Of a stretch of 64,000 nt of DNA, positions 12,662-26,300 are shown one piece after another. A program made the translations under genes and the position numbers. The number at the start of each line of letters is the position of its first letter. Position 1 is the first letter of the stretch. The DNA comes from Macrostomum lignano (lineage: Eukaryota). Under the pieces are notes generated by a model. The model was not told the origin of the DNA, did not search any database, and saw only the letters and a list, made by a program, of their open reading frames with translations. The stretch is taken from contig NIVC01001784.1 in NCBI GenBank assembly GCA_002269645.1, positions 62,001 through 126,000 of the forward strand. Reading direction: 5' to 3'.

Positions 12662-15600
12662 CAGCCATTTGAGAATCGCTCATCAACCATTTGAGAATGG
12701 CCCATAAATCATTTGAGAATCGCTCATCAATCATTTGAGAATGGCCCATAAATCATTTGAGAATCGCTCATCAATCATTTGAGAATCGCTCATCAATCAT
12801 TTGAGAATCGCCCATCAACTATTTGAGAATCGCTCATCAATCATTTGAGAATCGCTCATCAATCATTTGAGAATCTCTCATCAATCATTTGAGAATCGCT
12901 CATCAATCATCTGAGAATCGCTCATCAATCATTTGAGAATCGCTCATCAATCATTTGAGAATCGCTCATCAATCATTTGAGAATGGCCCATAAATCATTT
13001 GAGAATCGCTCATCAATCATTTGAGAATCGCTCATCAATCATTTGAGAATCGCTCATCAACCATTTGAGAATGGCCCATAAATCATTTGAGAATCGCTCA
13101 TCAATCATTTGAGAATCGCTCATCAATCATTTGAGAATCGCCCATCAACTATTTGAGAATCGCTCATCAATCATTTGAGAATCGCTCATCAATCATTTGA
13201 GAATCTCTCATCAATCATTTGAGAATCGCTCATCAATCATCTGAGAATCGCTCATCAATCATTTGAGAATCGCTCATCAATCATTTGAGAATCGCTCATC
13301 AACCATTTGAGAATCGCTCATCAATCATTTGAGAATCGCTCATCAATCATTTGAGAATCGCTCATCAATCATTTGAGAATGGCCCATAAATCATTTGAGA
13401 ATCGCTCATCAATCATTTGAGAATCGCTCATCAATCATTTGAGAATCGCCCATCAACTATTTGAGAATCGCTCATCAATCATTTGAGAATCGCTCATCAA
13501 TCATCTGAGAATCGCTTATCAATCATTTGAGAATCGCTCATCAATCATTTGAGAATCGCCCATCAACTATTTGAGAATCGCTCATCAATCATTTGAGAAT
13601 CGCTCATCAACCATTTGAGAATGGCCCATAAATCATTTGAGAATCGCTCATCAATCATTTGAGAATCGCTCATCAATCATTTGAGAATCGCTCATCAACC
13701 ATTTGAGAATCGCTCATCAACCATTTGAGAATCGCCTATCAATCATTTGAGAATCGCTCATCAATCATTTGAGAATCGCTCATTAATCATTTGAGAATCG
13801 CCCATCAATCATTTGAGAATCGCTCATCAACCATTTGAGAATCGCTCATCAATCATTTGAGAATCGCTCATCAATGATTTGAGAATCGCTCATCAATAAT
13901 TTGAGAATCGCTCATCAATCATTTGAGAATCGCTCATCAATCATTTGAGAATCGCTCATCAATCATTTGAGAATCGCTCATCAATCATTTAAGAATCGCT
14001 CATCAATCATTTGAGAATCGCCCATCAACTATTTGAGAATCGCTTATCAATCATTTGAGAATCGCTCATCAATCATTTGAGAATCGCTCATCAACCATTT
14101 GAGAATCGCTCATCAATCATTTGAGAATCGCTCATCAATCATTTGAGAATCGCTCATCAATCATTTGAGAATCGCTCATCAATCATTCATCTGAGAATCG
14201 CTTATCAATCATTTGAGAATCGCTCATCAATCATCTGAGAATCGCTTATCAATCATTTGAGAATCGCTCATCAATCATTTGAGAATCGCTCATCAATCAT
14301 TTGAGAATCGCTCATCAATCATTTGAGAATCGCTCATCAATCATTTATCTGAGAATCGCTTATCAATCATTTGAGAATCGCTCATCAATCATCTGAGAAT
14401 CGCTTATCAATCATTTGAGAATCGCTCATCAATCATTTGAGAATCGCTCATCAATCATTTGAGAATCGCTCATCAATCATTTAAGAATCGCTCATCAATC
14501 ATTTGAGAATCGCCCATCAACTATTTGAGAATCGCTTATCAATCATTTGAGAATCGCTCATCAATCATTCATCTGAGAATCGCTTATCAATCATTTGAGA
14601 ATCGCTCATCAATCATCTGAGAATCGCTCATCAATCATTTGAGAATCGCTCATCAATCATTTGAGAATCGCCCATCAATCATTTGAGAATCGCTCATCAA
14701 TCATTTGAGAATCGCTCATCAATCATTTGAGAATCGCTCATTAATCATTTGAGAATCGCTCATCAATCATTTGAGAATCGCTCATCAATCATTTGAGAAT
14801 CGCTCATTAATCATTTGAGAATCGCCCATCAATCATTTGAGAATCGCTCATCAATCATTCAAGAATCGCTCATCAATCATTTGAGAATCGCTCATCAATC
14901 ATTTGAGAATCGCTCATCAATCATTTGAGAATCGCTCATCAATCATTTGAGAATCGCTCATCAATCATTTGAGAATCGCTCATCAACCATTTGAGAATCG
15001 CTCATCAATCATTTGAGAATCGCTCATCAATCATTTGAGAATCGCTCATCAATCATTTGAGAATCGCTCATCAATCATTTGAGAATCGCTCATCAATCAT
15101 TTGAGAATCGCTCATCAATCATTTGAGAATCGCTCATCAATCATTTGAGAATCGCTCATCAATCATTCATCTGAGAATCGCTTATCAATCATTTGAGAAT
15201 CGCTCATCAATCATCTGAGAATCGCTTATCAATCATTTGAGAATCGCTCATCAATCATTTGAGAATCGCTCATCAATCATTTGAGAATCGCTCATCAATC
15301 ATTTGAGAATCGCTCATCAATCATTCATCTGAGAATCGCTTATCAATCATTTGAGAATCGCTCATCAATCATTCATCTGAGAATCGCTTATCAATCATTT
15401 GAGAATCGCTCATCAATCATTTGAGAATCGCTCATCAATCATTTGAGAATCGCTTATCAATCATTTGAGAATCGCTCATCAATCATTTGAGAATCGCTCA
15501 TCAATCATTTGAGAATCGCTCATCAATCATTTGAGAATCGCTCATCAATCATTCATCTGAGAATCGCTTATCAATCATTTGAGAATCGCTCATCAATCAT

Positions 15601-16440
15601 TTGAGAATCGCTCATCAATCATTTGAGAATCGCTTATCAATCATTTGAGAATCGCTCATCAATCATTTGAGAATCGCTCATCAATCATTTGAGAATCGCT
15701 CATCAATCATCTGAGAATCGCTTATCAATCATTTGAGAATCGCTCATCAATCATTTGAGAATCGCTCATCAATCATTTGAGAATCGCTCATCAATCATTT
15801 GAGAATCGCTCATCAATCATTCATCTGAGAATCGCTTATCAATCATTTGAGAATCGCTCATCAATCATCTGAGAATCGCTTATCAATCATTTGAGAATCG
15901 CTCATCAATCATTTGAGAATCGCTCATCAATCATCTGAGAATCGCTTATCAATCATTTGAGAATCGCTCATCAATCATTTGAGAATCGCTCATCAATCAT
16001 TTGAGAATCGCTTATCAATCATTTGAGAATCGCTCATCAATCATTTGAGAATCGCTCATCAATCATTTGAGAATCGCTCATCAATCATTTGAGAATCGCT
16101 CATCAATCATTCATCTGAGAATCGCTTATCAATCATTTGAGAATCGCTCATCAATCATCTGAGAATCGCCTATCAATCATTTGAGAATCGCTCATCAATC
16201 ATTTGAGAATCGCTCATCAATCATTTGAGAATCGCTTATCAATCATTTGAGAATCGCTCATCAATCATTTGAGAATCGCTCATCAATCATTTGAGAATCG
16301 CTCATCAATCATTTGAGAATCGCTCATCAATCATTTGAGAATCGCTCATCAATCATTTGAGAATCGCTCATCAATCATTTGGGAATCGCCCATCAATCAT
16401 TTGAGAATCGCTCATCAATCATTCAAGAATCGCTCATCAA
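12662..16440 (+). repeat. ~3.8-kb satellite of a 22-bp unit
   Basis: Unit ATCAATCATTTGAGAATCGCTC, roughly 170 copies, with recurrent variant monomers (TCATTCATCTGAGAATCGCTTATC, GGCCCATAAA, CGCCCATCAACTA). Confidence 0.97.
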
Positions 16441-17004
16441 CTTTTGACAAAAAGAAATAAAGAATATTTGTCACAAATGGAAGGCATCAAAATTTACAAA
16501 AGGTCAACTCTTAAAACAGATGTCGCTGCAGACAATTCAAACTATCTGTTGCAGCACGGCTCCTACCCAGCGCACTTGTCAGCAGTGGTTTGCAGTGAAT
16601 CTCCACTGCTCAAGTGTCTCTCCCTCAGGATTCGTGTTAAAAATTCTAAAAATTCTATTTCGATGGTTCTCAGTGATCTCCGTACGCTACGATAGAAGGG
16701 CCATACATAAAATTAAAAACTACCCAGTTGATAGCAGTGACGTCGAAAGCGTGTACAGAAATCGTGTACACAAATTTGCAGACCCCTCCTAGCTTAACTC
16801 GATTAACTGATAGAAAATGAAAGTGCCTTGATGTCTCTGTGAAAAAACTTAACTCCTATTCTGCCTCATCGCTCCATTTAGCATGACAAATCAATTTGTC
16901 TATGGCTTAATTTCTCGAGTTAATTCAACCGCTTGACCATAGAACTCTAATGGACCGTTCTGCTTTGCCTGCCCAGTAATTCACATTGCACGTCAAAAGC
17001 AGTA

Positions 17005-18659
17005 TCGCTTTTGACGCTCTAGATAAGACTTTAGACATTCAAAATAAGACTGCATAGGATCGCAAGCAAGGCCAGGCTAGCCACGGCCAGAGCATGCCCA
17101 GTCTTGGCTGCAGGAATGGCTTGGCCATAGACTAAAAAATAGAATATCAAAATGAGAATAAGACGCTCAATATGAGACCGGGAGTGAACGTAATTTATTT
17201 GCTTTTTGGCAGTCACCATACAAACAGCTAAGGAGAAATTAGGCAATAAACAAGAAGCAGAATAGCATATCGAAATGTTTAGTCCATCACTGAAGTCAGT
17301 CTGGCGGACTGCGTTAGAAGGCCATTCGATTTAAGCACCTGTCAAAGTGCCTCTGACAGCGGAGTTTCCATCTGGCCGCCTTCTCAGCTGTGATGACGAG
17401 GCCGACTGCCTCCCGTGCAATCCGCTCCAGCAGCATGAAGCGCCACTCCTCTTGTGTGAAATCTGCAGGTGGAGCAGCCTCTTCCTCGACTAGCTCAGGG
17501 TTCGCCAGCATCTGGCGAATGCGCGCCTTGAGTGCTGAGTTCGCGAGCTCCACAGGATTGAGGAAAGGCGAGTATGGTGGCAGAATCCTGATGGAGGTCT
17601 GGTTCTGGAGCTGCTGAGGCACCCTCGCCGCTCGATGAAAATTTGGCCCATCCATCAGGATGACCCATTGGGCTCCCTGGTCCAATTGGTTGCATCGCTC
17701 GCACAGGGCGTCCACAACTCTTGGAAGCGAGCAACGGTTTGTCCACCGCGGTAGACATTCGAGTGCAGGAGACCAAACTCAGTCGCAATCGCCATGCACA
17801 CCGAGACATTTGGCCCGCGTTGCGTTGTCACAGTTCGCCGAATAGGACGGCCTTTCAGCGCACGACCCTGAGAGCGCCTGGTCCAGAGATTGAACCCGGT
17901 CTCGTCCAAGAAGACAGTGCGAGTCTCTTGAGCCAAATTCAGCATGAACATGGCGTATTCGTGCCTGGCTTCGATATTTGCCTCAAAATTTGTCCTCATC
18001 CTCACGTCAGTGCCTTTGACAGCCAGCTTCACGGTGTATAGCAGACCGTGCAGCATTCGGTCCACGCACTTGTAGCTTGACTTGCGGCTTTTCCGGAAAC
18101 TGCGTAGCCAGACGTGAGGACATTTCCTTGAGTGTGAGGAAGGGATTTTCCTCCAGCGTCTCAGTCAGGAAGTCTCTCATCTCGTTGTCAGCCTTGCAAT
18201 TTTCTTCTCTCCGACCGCCACGAGGTAGGGATTCAACTCTGCCATGGAGGCGGAACTCCGCAGCGATCCTAAAGGCGGACGCTCTCTTGATCTTGAGAAT
18301 TTGAGCGGCAGCTAGGATGGTTGATCCATTGTTTACTGCGTCGATCAGACGCTGACGGTCTGCTGCAGGAATCGATGGTGCCATCACAGTGAAATCCAAG
18401 GGGTCAGATGCAACCCAAGGGGTGAAGAAGGAGAGCTGGCTGAGGGTAAGAGGGTTAGAGCGATATCTGAAGGCTTTCACACTCAGTCTCATATTGAGCG
18501 TCTTATTCTCATTTTGATATTCCATTTTTTAGTCTATGACCAAGCCATTCCTGCAGCCAAGACTGGGCATGCTCTGGCCGTGGCTAGCCTGGCCTTGCTT
18601 GCGATCCTATGCAGTCTTATTTTGAATGTCTAAAGTCTTATCTAGAGCGTTAAAAGCGA
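17005..18659 (-). mobile_element. IS630/Tc1/mariner-superfamily DNA transposon, 1655 bp, full length with 174-bp TIRs
   Basis: TIRs 17005-17178 and 18486-18659 (few mismatches). TA duplication at 17003-17004 and 18660-18661. Internal transposase on the minus strand. Confidence 0.92.
17314..18384 (-). pseudogene. IS630/Tc1-like DDE transposase broken by two 1-bp frameshifts
   Basis: ATG at 18384 (MAPSIPAADRQRLID..., HTH-like N-terminus; LEENPFLTLKEM), VFLDETGF, ILMDGPNFH, LPPYSPFLNPVE. Frameshifts near 18078 (+1) and 17715 (-1) join the three track ORFs. Confidence 0.88.
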
Positions 18660-18999
18660 TATTTGTAGCAGTTTGCACTTTGCTGCCAGTCTTCATGACA
18701 TTCAAGGACAATGTCCTCTGTATTTCAACAAATTACTTCTAATTTGGTGACTTCACAAGGAACAAAAACGTTCGCGCATACGCGGTATACCTCATAGGGA
18801 ATAAATAGAATTCAATTTCAATCATCCCATAAAAAAGTCTGTCGGATATGAGCAGATCATATTAGCTCGTTAATAATTAAACTGTTCTATACTCCATCTT
18901 CTCATCCACAGAATCTAATTATAGGAATTGCAAATAAGCGACTCTTGTTTAGTGTGTTTGCTCACACCTGCGTGAGTTTCGTGACTCAGCTTCCTGTAT

Positions 19000-19860
19000 T
19001 TCCTCCCTCAGTCCCTGAATCTGGCTCTCCTCTTTCCACGCAGTCTCTGAATCTGCTTCTCCACTCCTCCCTCAGTCCCTGAATCTGCCTCTCCGCTCCT
19101 CCCTCAGTCCCTGAATCTGCTTCTCCGCTCCTCCCTCAGCCCCTGAATCTGCCTCTCCGCTCCTCCCTCAGTCCCTGAATCTGCCTCTCCGCTCCTCCCT
19201 CAGCCCCTGAATCTGCCTCTCCGCTCCTCCCTCAGTCCCTGAATCTGCCTCTCCGCTCCTCCCTCAGTCCCTGAATCTGCCTCTCCGCTCCTCCCTCAGC
19301 CCCTGAATCTGCCTCTCCGCTCCTCCCTCAGTCCCTGAATCTGCCTCTCCGCTCCTCCCTCAGCCCCTGAATCTGCCTCTCCGCTCCTCCCTCAGTCCCT
19401 GAATCTGCTTCTCCGCTCCTCCCTCAGTCCCTGAATCTGCCTCTCCGCTCCTCCCTCAGTCCCTGAATCTGCTTCTCCGCTCCTCCCTCAGTCCCTGAAT
19501 CTGCTTCTCCGCTCCTCCCTCAGTCCCTGAATCTGCCTCTCCGCTCCTCCCTCAGTCCCTGAATCTGCCTCTCCGCTCCTCCCTCAGTCCCTGAATCTGC
19601 CTCTCCACTCCTCCATCAGCCCCTGAATCTGCCTCTCCGCTCCTCCCTCAGTCCCTGAATCTGCTTCTCCGCTCCTCCCTCAGTCCCTGAATCTGCCTCT
19701 CCGCTCCTCCCTCAGTCCCTGAATCTGCCTCTCCGCTCCTCCCTCAGTCCCTGAATCTGCTTCTCCGCTCCTCCCTCAGTCCCTGAATCTGCCTCTCCGC
19801 TCCTCCCTCAGTCCCTGAATCTGCCTCTCCGCTCCTCCCGCAGGAATCTGCCTCTCCAGA
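19000..19860 (+). repeat. 32-bp pyrimidine-rich minisatellite
   Basis: Unit CTCCTCCCTCAGTCCCTGAATCTGCCTCTCCG, about 26 copies. Confidence 0.93.
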
Positions 19861-20328
19861 AGCAGTATTGCTTCTAAATTGTAAGCAGCTGCCCGCAAAT
19901 ACAACTTCCAACTATACGCGGTTTCCAACTACAAAAAGCATACATTGAGCGAGTTTACTCTCTACTAACTGCTGAATGCTTTCAGGTCTGAGCAGTTTGG
20001 CCCTAACAACACGCGACTGTATATACATGTACTTATATGATCGATACGCAGAATTTCGTCTCACTTTTGCATATTTGGCAGATCGGGGGTGACAAACAAA
20101 AAACGGGGTTCGCGAGTGAGTACCAGCTCACGAATGCTTCATGCCCTCCTGCATATTGGGGGGGGGGGGGTTGGCTGCTCTGCTAGTGGCTCCAGCTGAT
20201 CAGCTGACCAATAGCGGTGCCAAACGGAACAGCTATTAAGTAGTCAGTCCTAGCACTATAAATTGCAACAGTTCTCATATGCCATAATTTTGTCCAATTC
20301 GAAAGCTTAACGTAAACTCATAAAAAAG

Positions 20329-23300
20329 ATGGCGTCTGCACGAGCTGCCGATTCGCTGATCAACGTAAATCCGTTTGAAAATAATCAACCCGCCGGCTTG
20401 GCGGTTGCCAATAGCAACGAGTCTCGGGCCAAGGCGGACGCAGCGGCGGCCGCCAGGGTAGCCATGAAGGGCGTTTTCCTTTTCGCTAACCGGTTTGCCG
20501 ACAACACCAGCATGCACGGAGTGGCGCAGCTGTTCCAGGTGAGATTGGGTGTCAGCTGGTGCTGCACTGGGTGTCAGCTGGTGCTGCACTGGGTGTCAGC
20601 TGGTCCTGCATCGGGTGTCAGCTGATGCTGCATTGGGTGTCAACTGATGCTTCATCGGGTGTCAGCTGATGCTGCATGGGTGTCAGCTGGTGCTGCACTG
20701 GGTGTCAGCTGGTCCTGCATCGGGTGTCAGCTGGTGCTGCATTGGGTGTCAGCTGGTGCTGCATCGGGTGTCAGCTGATGCTGCATTGGGTGTCAACTGA
20801 TGCTTCATCGGCTGTCAGCTGATGCTGCATGGGTGTCAGCTGGTGCTGCACTGGGTGTCAGCTGGTGCTGCATTGGGTGTCAGCTGGTGCTGCATTGGGT
20901 GTCAGCTGGTGCTGCATCGGGTGTCAGCTGATGCTGCATTGGGTGTCAGCTGATGCTGCACTGGGTGTCAGCTGATGCTGCATGGGTGTCATCTAGGTGT
21001 CAGAAAAAATAAATTCAGTGTCAAAATTGTGTCAAACCGGATGTCAGAATTAGTGCCGATTCGGATGTCAGAAGAGCCGAATCGGGTGTCAGAAGTACCG
21101 AATTGGGTGTCAGATCGGGTTGTCATAAGTGTCGTTTAGCTACAAAAGTGCTTAATTTTACATGAATGAATAATAGTTTGATCGTGTTGTATCGCACACA
21201 TTTTACTTATGGCTGTTAAAATAGTTAGATTATATTGAATTCAACAGTAAGTCCAAACACATACACACATATACATATATATAAAGCTTTGCGGCCGGCC
21301 TTTACACTGCAGAATGTCCTTGGTTGCGGGTCATTAGCTGATGAATATTCATGCGTAGGAACTCAGCTATTTGGCATAACTTGATTTGAGTTTTCTCCGC
21401 ATCCGTGGGGATTATATTTTCTAGGAAACCTATTATGATATAAAAATTGCTCAAATCTTGAAGCTACAAAAAGCAATTTGTGAAATGGCACTTCTCAAGA
21501 AGAAAATCTCGACTCATAAATGAATGCACAGATGCGTGCTCAATCACTTCAGTTTGAGCTCTTGAGCGTTTTAGCACTTGTCTAATACTGGAAAAATATT
21601 TAATTAATGCATGCCCCGGCCGTCTGTTTCACGTCTGCTTTTTCCTTTGATGTTTTCCTGTTTGCATCTGTTTACCTGTGCTTTATAAGCGTATGGCAAT
21701 CGGAGCTTGTCCTTGATCTGTCTCAGATAATCTCAATTTTTCTCAGATAATCTCAGTTTGTCTCAGATAATCTCAGCTTGTCTCAGATAATCTCCATACT
21801 GTCCCAGATAATCTCAGCTTGTATCATATAATCTCAGCTTGTCTTAGATAATCTCTGCTTTTCTCATATGATCTCAACTTATCTCTGATAATCTCAGCTT
21901 GTCTCAGATAATCTTATCGTTTGAGAGATAAATCTTAGCAAGTCTCGCATAATCTCATGCCGCTTCGGGCAGTTTCTAACCGCACAAAAAGCCTCAATAC
22001 GGTCACTCATTAATAACTCTCAGGTGGACAGCTACGCCAGGCGGGCATTCTGGCTGGCCCTCACCTGCCTGACCACCACAGCCGGGTGCTACCATGTCTA
22101 CCTGACAGTCTCGCAGTTCATCCTCACCCCGGTGAACACTCTCATTCTGAACCAAGGCGTTGACACGGTATTTCCTGACGTCACCATCTGCAACCTGAAG
22201 CCGATGCCGCAGTACCTGTTGCACTACAACAGCCAGACAAGGCAAGACGCGGAGGCCAGCATGGCCAGTCTTCTCGAAGATCTCCGCCAGGTGTACAGCA
22301 AGATGTACGCAGGCAGTCCAAGAAGATTAAAGAGTTTGTTTAGCACGCATGACTACTTTAACTGGTATCAATTTCTGCAGCACTACTGGGCTAGCCGGCC
22401 CACGGCTGGTCTCGGGTACAACATCTCTCTCGGCTTGGTTGGCTGCTTCTACAAGAAGGCTCTCTGCCGAGCCGAGGACTTCGAGTTGCTGCAGAGCGCG
22501 CACTATTGGAACTGCTGGAGCTTCAGGCCGAAGTGAGTTGAATACTGCGAAAATTTGCTTTTACGCTACTGCTAGTAGTTTCAGTTACGAAAATGTTAGC
22601 ATACAGGTTAGTCAATTAAGGCTAATCCACAGGATTTCTAGCTTCTGAGGAACTATATCTATGTAATTCCCCAGTAGCTACGAGGACGTGTAATTCCCCA
22701 GTAGCTACGTGTTAAACGGGGTGCTAAGCTATGCCTAGAGCGGATCAGCCCAGGGAAGCTACGTGAAAGTCCAGTAGCTACGTGTAAGTAATTTCCCAGT
22801 AGCTACCATGTAAGTCATTTCCCAGTAGCTACCATGTAAGTAATTACCCAGTACTACCATGTAAGTAATTCCCCAGTAGCTACGTGTAAGTCATTCCCTA
22901 GCATAGCTACGTGTTAGCAATTCCCCAGTAGCTACGTGTAAGTCATTCCCTAGCATAGCTACGTGTTAGCAATTCCCCAGTAGCTACGTGTAAGTAATCC
23001 CCTAGTAGCTACGTGTAAGTAATTCTCCAGTAGCTACCGTGTAAGTCATTCCTTTGTAGGTATTAGTAATTCCCCAGTAGCTACCGTGTAGTCATTCCTT
23101 AATAGGTGTTAGTAATTCCCCAGTAGCTACCGTGTAAGTAATTCCCTAGTATAGCTACGTGTTAGTAATTCGCCAGTAGCTAAATGGACAAATAGCCAAA
23201 CAATTCCCCAGATGAATCGTACAGTAACTTCCGGATTACTCAATAGCGATTTTAGAAAATCAACCTCGTGAAAGTAACAAATATAGTGAGCTCAACTTGA

Positions 23301-26300
23301 GCAGTCAATTTCCCACACCCTGAGCACGCAGAGATCGAAGCGTTCAGGGCACGGGTCCGTCTGACGGGCTGCAGCTCATTCTATACACCAGCACAGTTCC
23401 AAAGGGGGAGATCTCTGAAACGGGCGACTACGTGATCACTTATCCGCCAACAAGAAGACGCACCGTAATGGAGCAGTTGAGCACAGTGTTTGGCAAAGCC
23501 GGAGCCCAGAGCTCCAGCGGTATCCGAGTACTGCTACACGAGCCGGAAACCTATCCGCACCTGTACTGGGATGGGGTGGACGTTGGCAACGGCTGGAGCT
23601 CCGATCTCAGATTTCGAATGACGCAAAATGTCTACGTGAATCGGTCTGGCAATCGTTGTGTTGACAACTACGGTAGCGTGTCCTATTGGGTGAGTTAAGG
23701 TGAACTGACAAAATAGTATAGTGGACTAGCCATTTGCCCCTCCGCTGGAGTGGAGTTTCTGTTGTATAATATAAACTCTAATAATCACAATATTAAAAAA
23801 TACCAAGTATAGCTTCTCCTAATGCCGTTACTTCTTAATACATTCAAAGCTTAATAGAAGCTAAGGAAGCTAGGGCTGTAGCCAGCTTAGTGGTTGGAGC
23901 GTATGACTCACGACTGGAAGTTCGATTCTCGAACCATTCGGAACAATTTGTGTTCTTGAGTACATTGCATTGCTTCAGTTCAAGCAGCTGTAAAAAGGGT
24001 GCCAGCATTAGCTGGGGTATTAAGGGTGGGTGTGGCGACCCCCCCCCCCAGTCCTTGGACTGAACAGCCGTACAACAACAACAACAAAATACGCAGCCCC
24101 GCATGCAAGGTCACACTTAGAGCAGGGCGCGTCAGACGGCGCGCCACAGAGCATGAGAGCGGACGAAGTCCACTCCGTTGGCAGTGTCGGGAGCCCCGAC
24201 GTCGCATAGGAGGCAGTCCACGTATCGACGGGTTCGGGCCTGACCCCGCCTGAACGGGCCCTGCAAGGTGAGCAGCAGGATGTCCTGAGCAGGGTGGGGG
24301 CAGAAGCCCTCGGCCCGGATCACGTGGCCCGCCAGTTGAAGTCGCCGCCGGCGCAAGATGATGGACGGGCGCTGCAGCTTGGTCCGATCGTACAGGGCCT
24401 CGGTTCCGACGCTCTCGTCAGCTCAAAAGGCCGCACGGAGCAGCCCTGAGTGCGCTGAGTCCAGCAGCCGCTCCATCGTAGCCGTCAGCGTCCACGTTTC
24501 GGCGTTGTGGAGCAGGACGGTTTCGACCACCGCCTTCCACAGCCGAGCCTTCTGGCGGTCGGGCAGCGCTTTGGACTGGGGGACGGCTCGGATCGAACGG
24601 AAGGCCGCTTCAGGCGAGTCCTTCCTCCACGTATGGCACCAGACTGTCGAGGTAGGTGAGCCGCTGGCTTGGTCGTCTGCCCATCTTCGCCGCGGCACGT
24701 TAGGTTCGCTGGGATGTCGGCCTTCAGCGTGTTGACAACCAGACCGGACGTCCGGACGTACGCAGCCTTCAGATGCGCCGCGCAATAGCTGCGGCTGTTG
24801 CGTCGGTTGCACATCTGGCCCAATTGGGTCACAGGGTCAGGTCAGAGAAGAACGTAGATCAAATGGGTAGTCTTGGCTGCTGTGAAATGATGACATGCAG
24901 ATGTCTTCATCCAAGAGCCACTGGAAGTAGAAGGTAAAGCTACATTTCGATTAACATACTGTCGCAGGTGGCGGAGCCGCATCAGCAGGTGCAGTTCAAG
25001 CGCCGCAGCCAAGACTGCGTGGTGCAGCTGTGGCAGGCCACTCTGAGACGCCTGTGCGGCTGCGAGTCCACCTTTCTGCCCAACACGAATCGCTCCAGAC
25101 TCTGCCACTACGTAGACTTCAGCTCCGCGTCAGCGACGCCTAACGTTGACTACGCCAGTCGGGCAAGTCGCAAGCTGCGCCAGTTGCAAAAGTACATCGA
25201 AGTTGAACGACGAGTTCGACAGACTATGTCGAACAAGTTTGTGGCCGACTGTGCTCGAGTGCAGGAGTGCCAGCGAAACAGTTATGCCTATTCTGCTTCG
25301 GCCGCACCCTGGCCTGCCTACTCAGATTTGGAAGCGTTTGTGCACACCTTTGTGATGGGACCGAGGGGCTCTCTGGCTGACAGGTAAGTTGAGAGCCATT
25401 TAATGTGATGGACGTTAGGGCTGGAGTTCTCTCTCATCTCTTCTCTCTTGCTATCTCTAATCTCATCTCTTCCCTCCTGTTATCTCTCATCTCATCTCGT
25501 CTCTTCTTTCATCTCTCATCTCATCTCGTCTCTCCCTCATATCTCATCTCATCTATTCTCTCCCTTCATCTCTCATCTCACTCTTCTCTCTTTTCATCTC
25601 TTATCTCATCTATTCTCTCGGGGGGGGGGGCGCAGCCTATGTTCTACGTTCTGATGTACTATAGCGCGGCCCAGGTTCGATTCCAAGTGCAGTCGCATTA
25701 ATTTGGGGCTAAATTGGAAGATCGGCTTGGCTCTGCTCGTGCAATTAACGCCCTTGAGGGCCAACCTTTAAGGCACGCTGTACACAGTGTGGGTGTGTGC
25801 CTGTGCGTATGACTGCATACGCATCTGCGTGCTTGTGTGCCTGCTCAGGGGAGTCGGCGGAATGGGCAGTAAGTCCTTTCGCCGGTTGTATGGTAATGTC
25901 GCTTAAATTGCCAAGGGTGCACACAGCCTCTTGCCTCTAATAAAAAATGTACACGACTGGAATGTCCTGAAACCTCCTGAATCTCGCACCAGAGAATTTC
26001 ACGGCATCCCGCTGCTGGACCTGATCCTGGACTACACCAACCGAACTCCCAACGGTGCGGTGGACCGGGCCACCGCGTGGAACACCAGCCTAAGATTCGT
26101 GCGCGAAAATTTTGTTAAACTGCACGTCTACGCCGAAGAATCGAAGGGCACGCTGATTCGCGAGTCGCCGTCTTATTCGTTTGTTGAGGTGCTCTCCGAG
26201 CTCGGCGGGATCGGCGGCCTGTGGGCCGGGATGTCGCTAGTGACTTTCGTTGAAGTGTTGGAGTTTCTGCTCCTATTCGGCGCAAAGTGCGTGCAAGCTC

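Noticed and set aside
16440-18960. Possible coding relic in the DNA flanking the Tc1-like insertion (16440-17004 joined to 18662-18960)
   Set aside because: Rejoined frames contain multiple stops and no motif I can recognise; a translated search would be needed.
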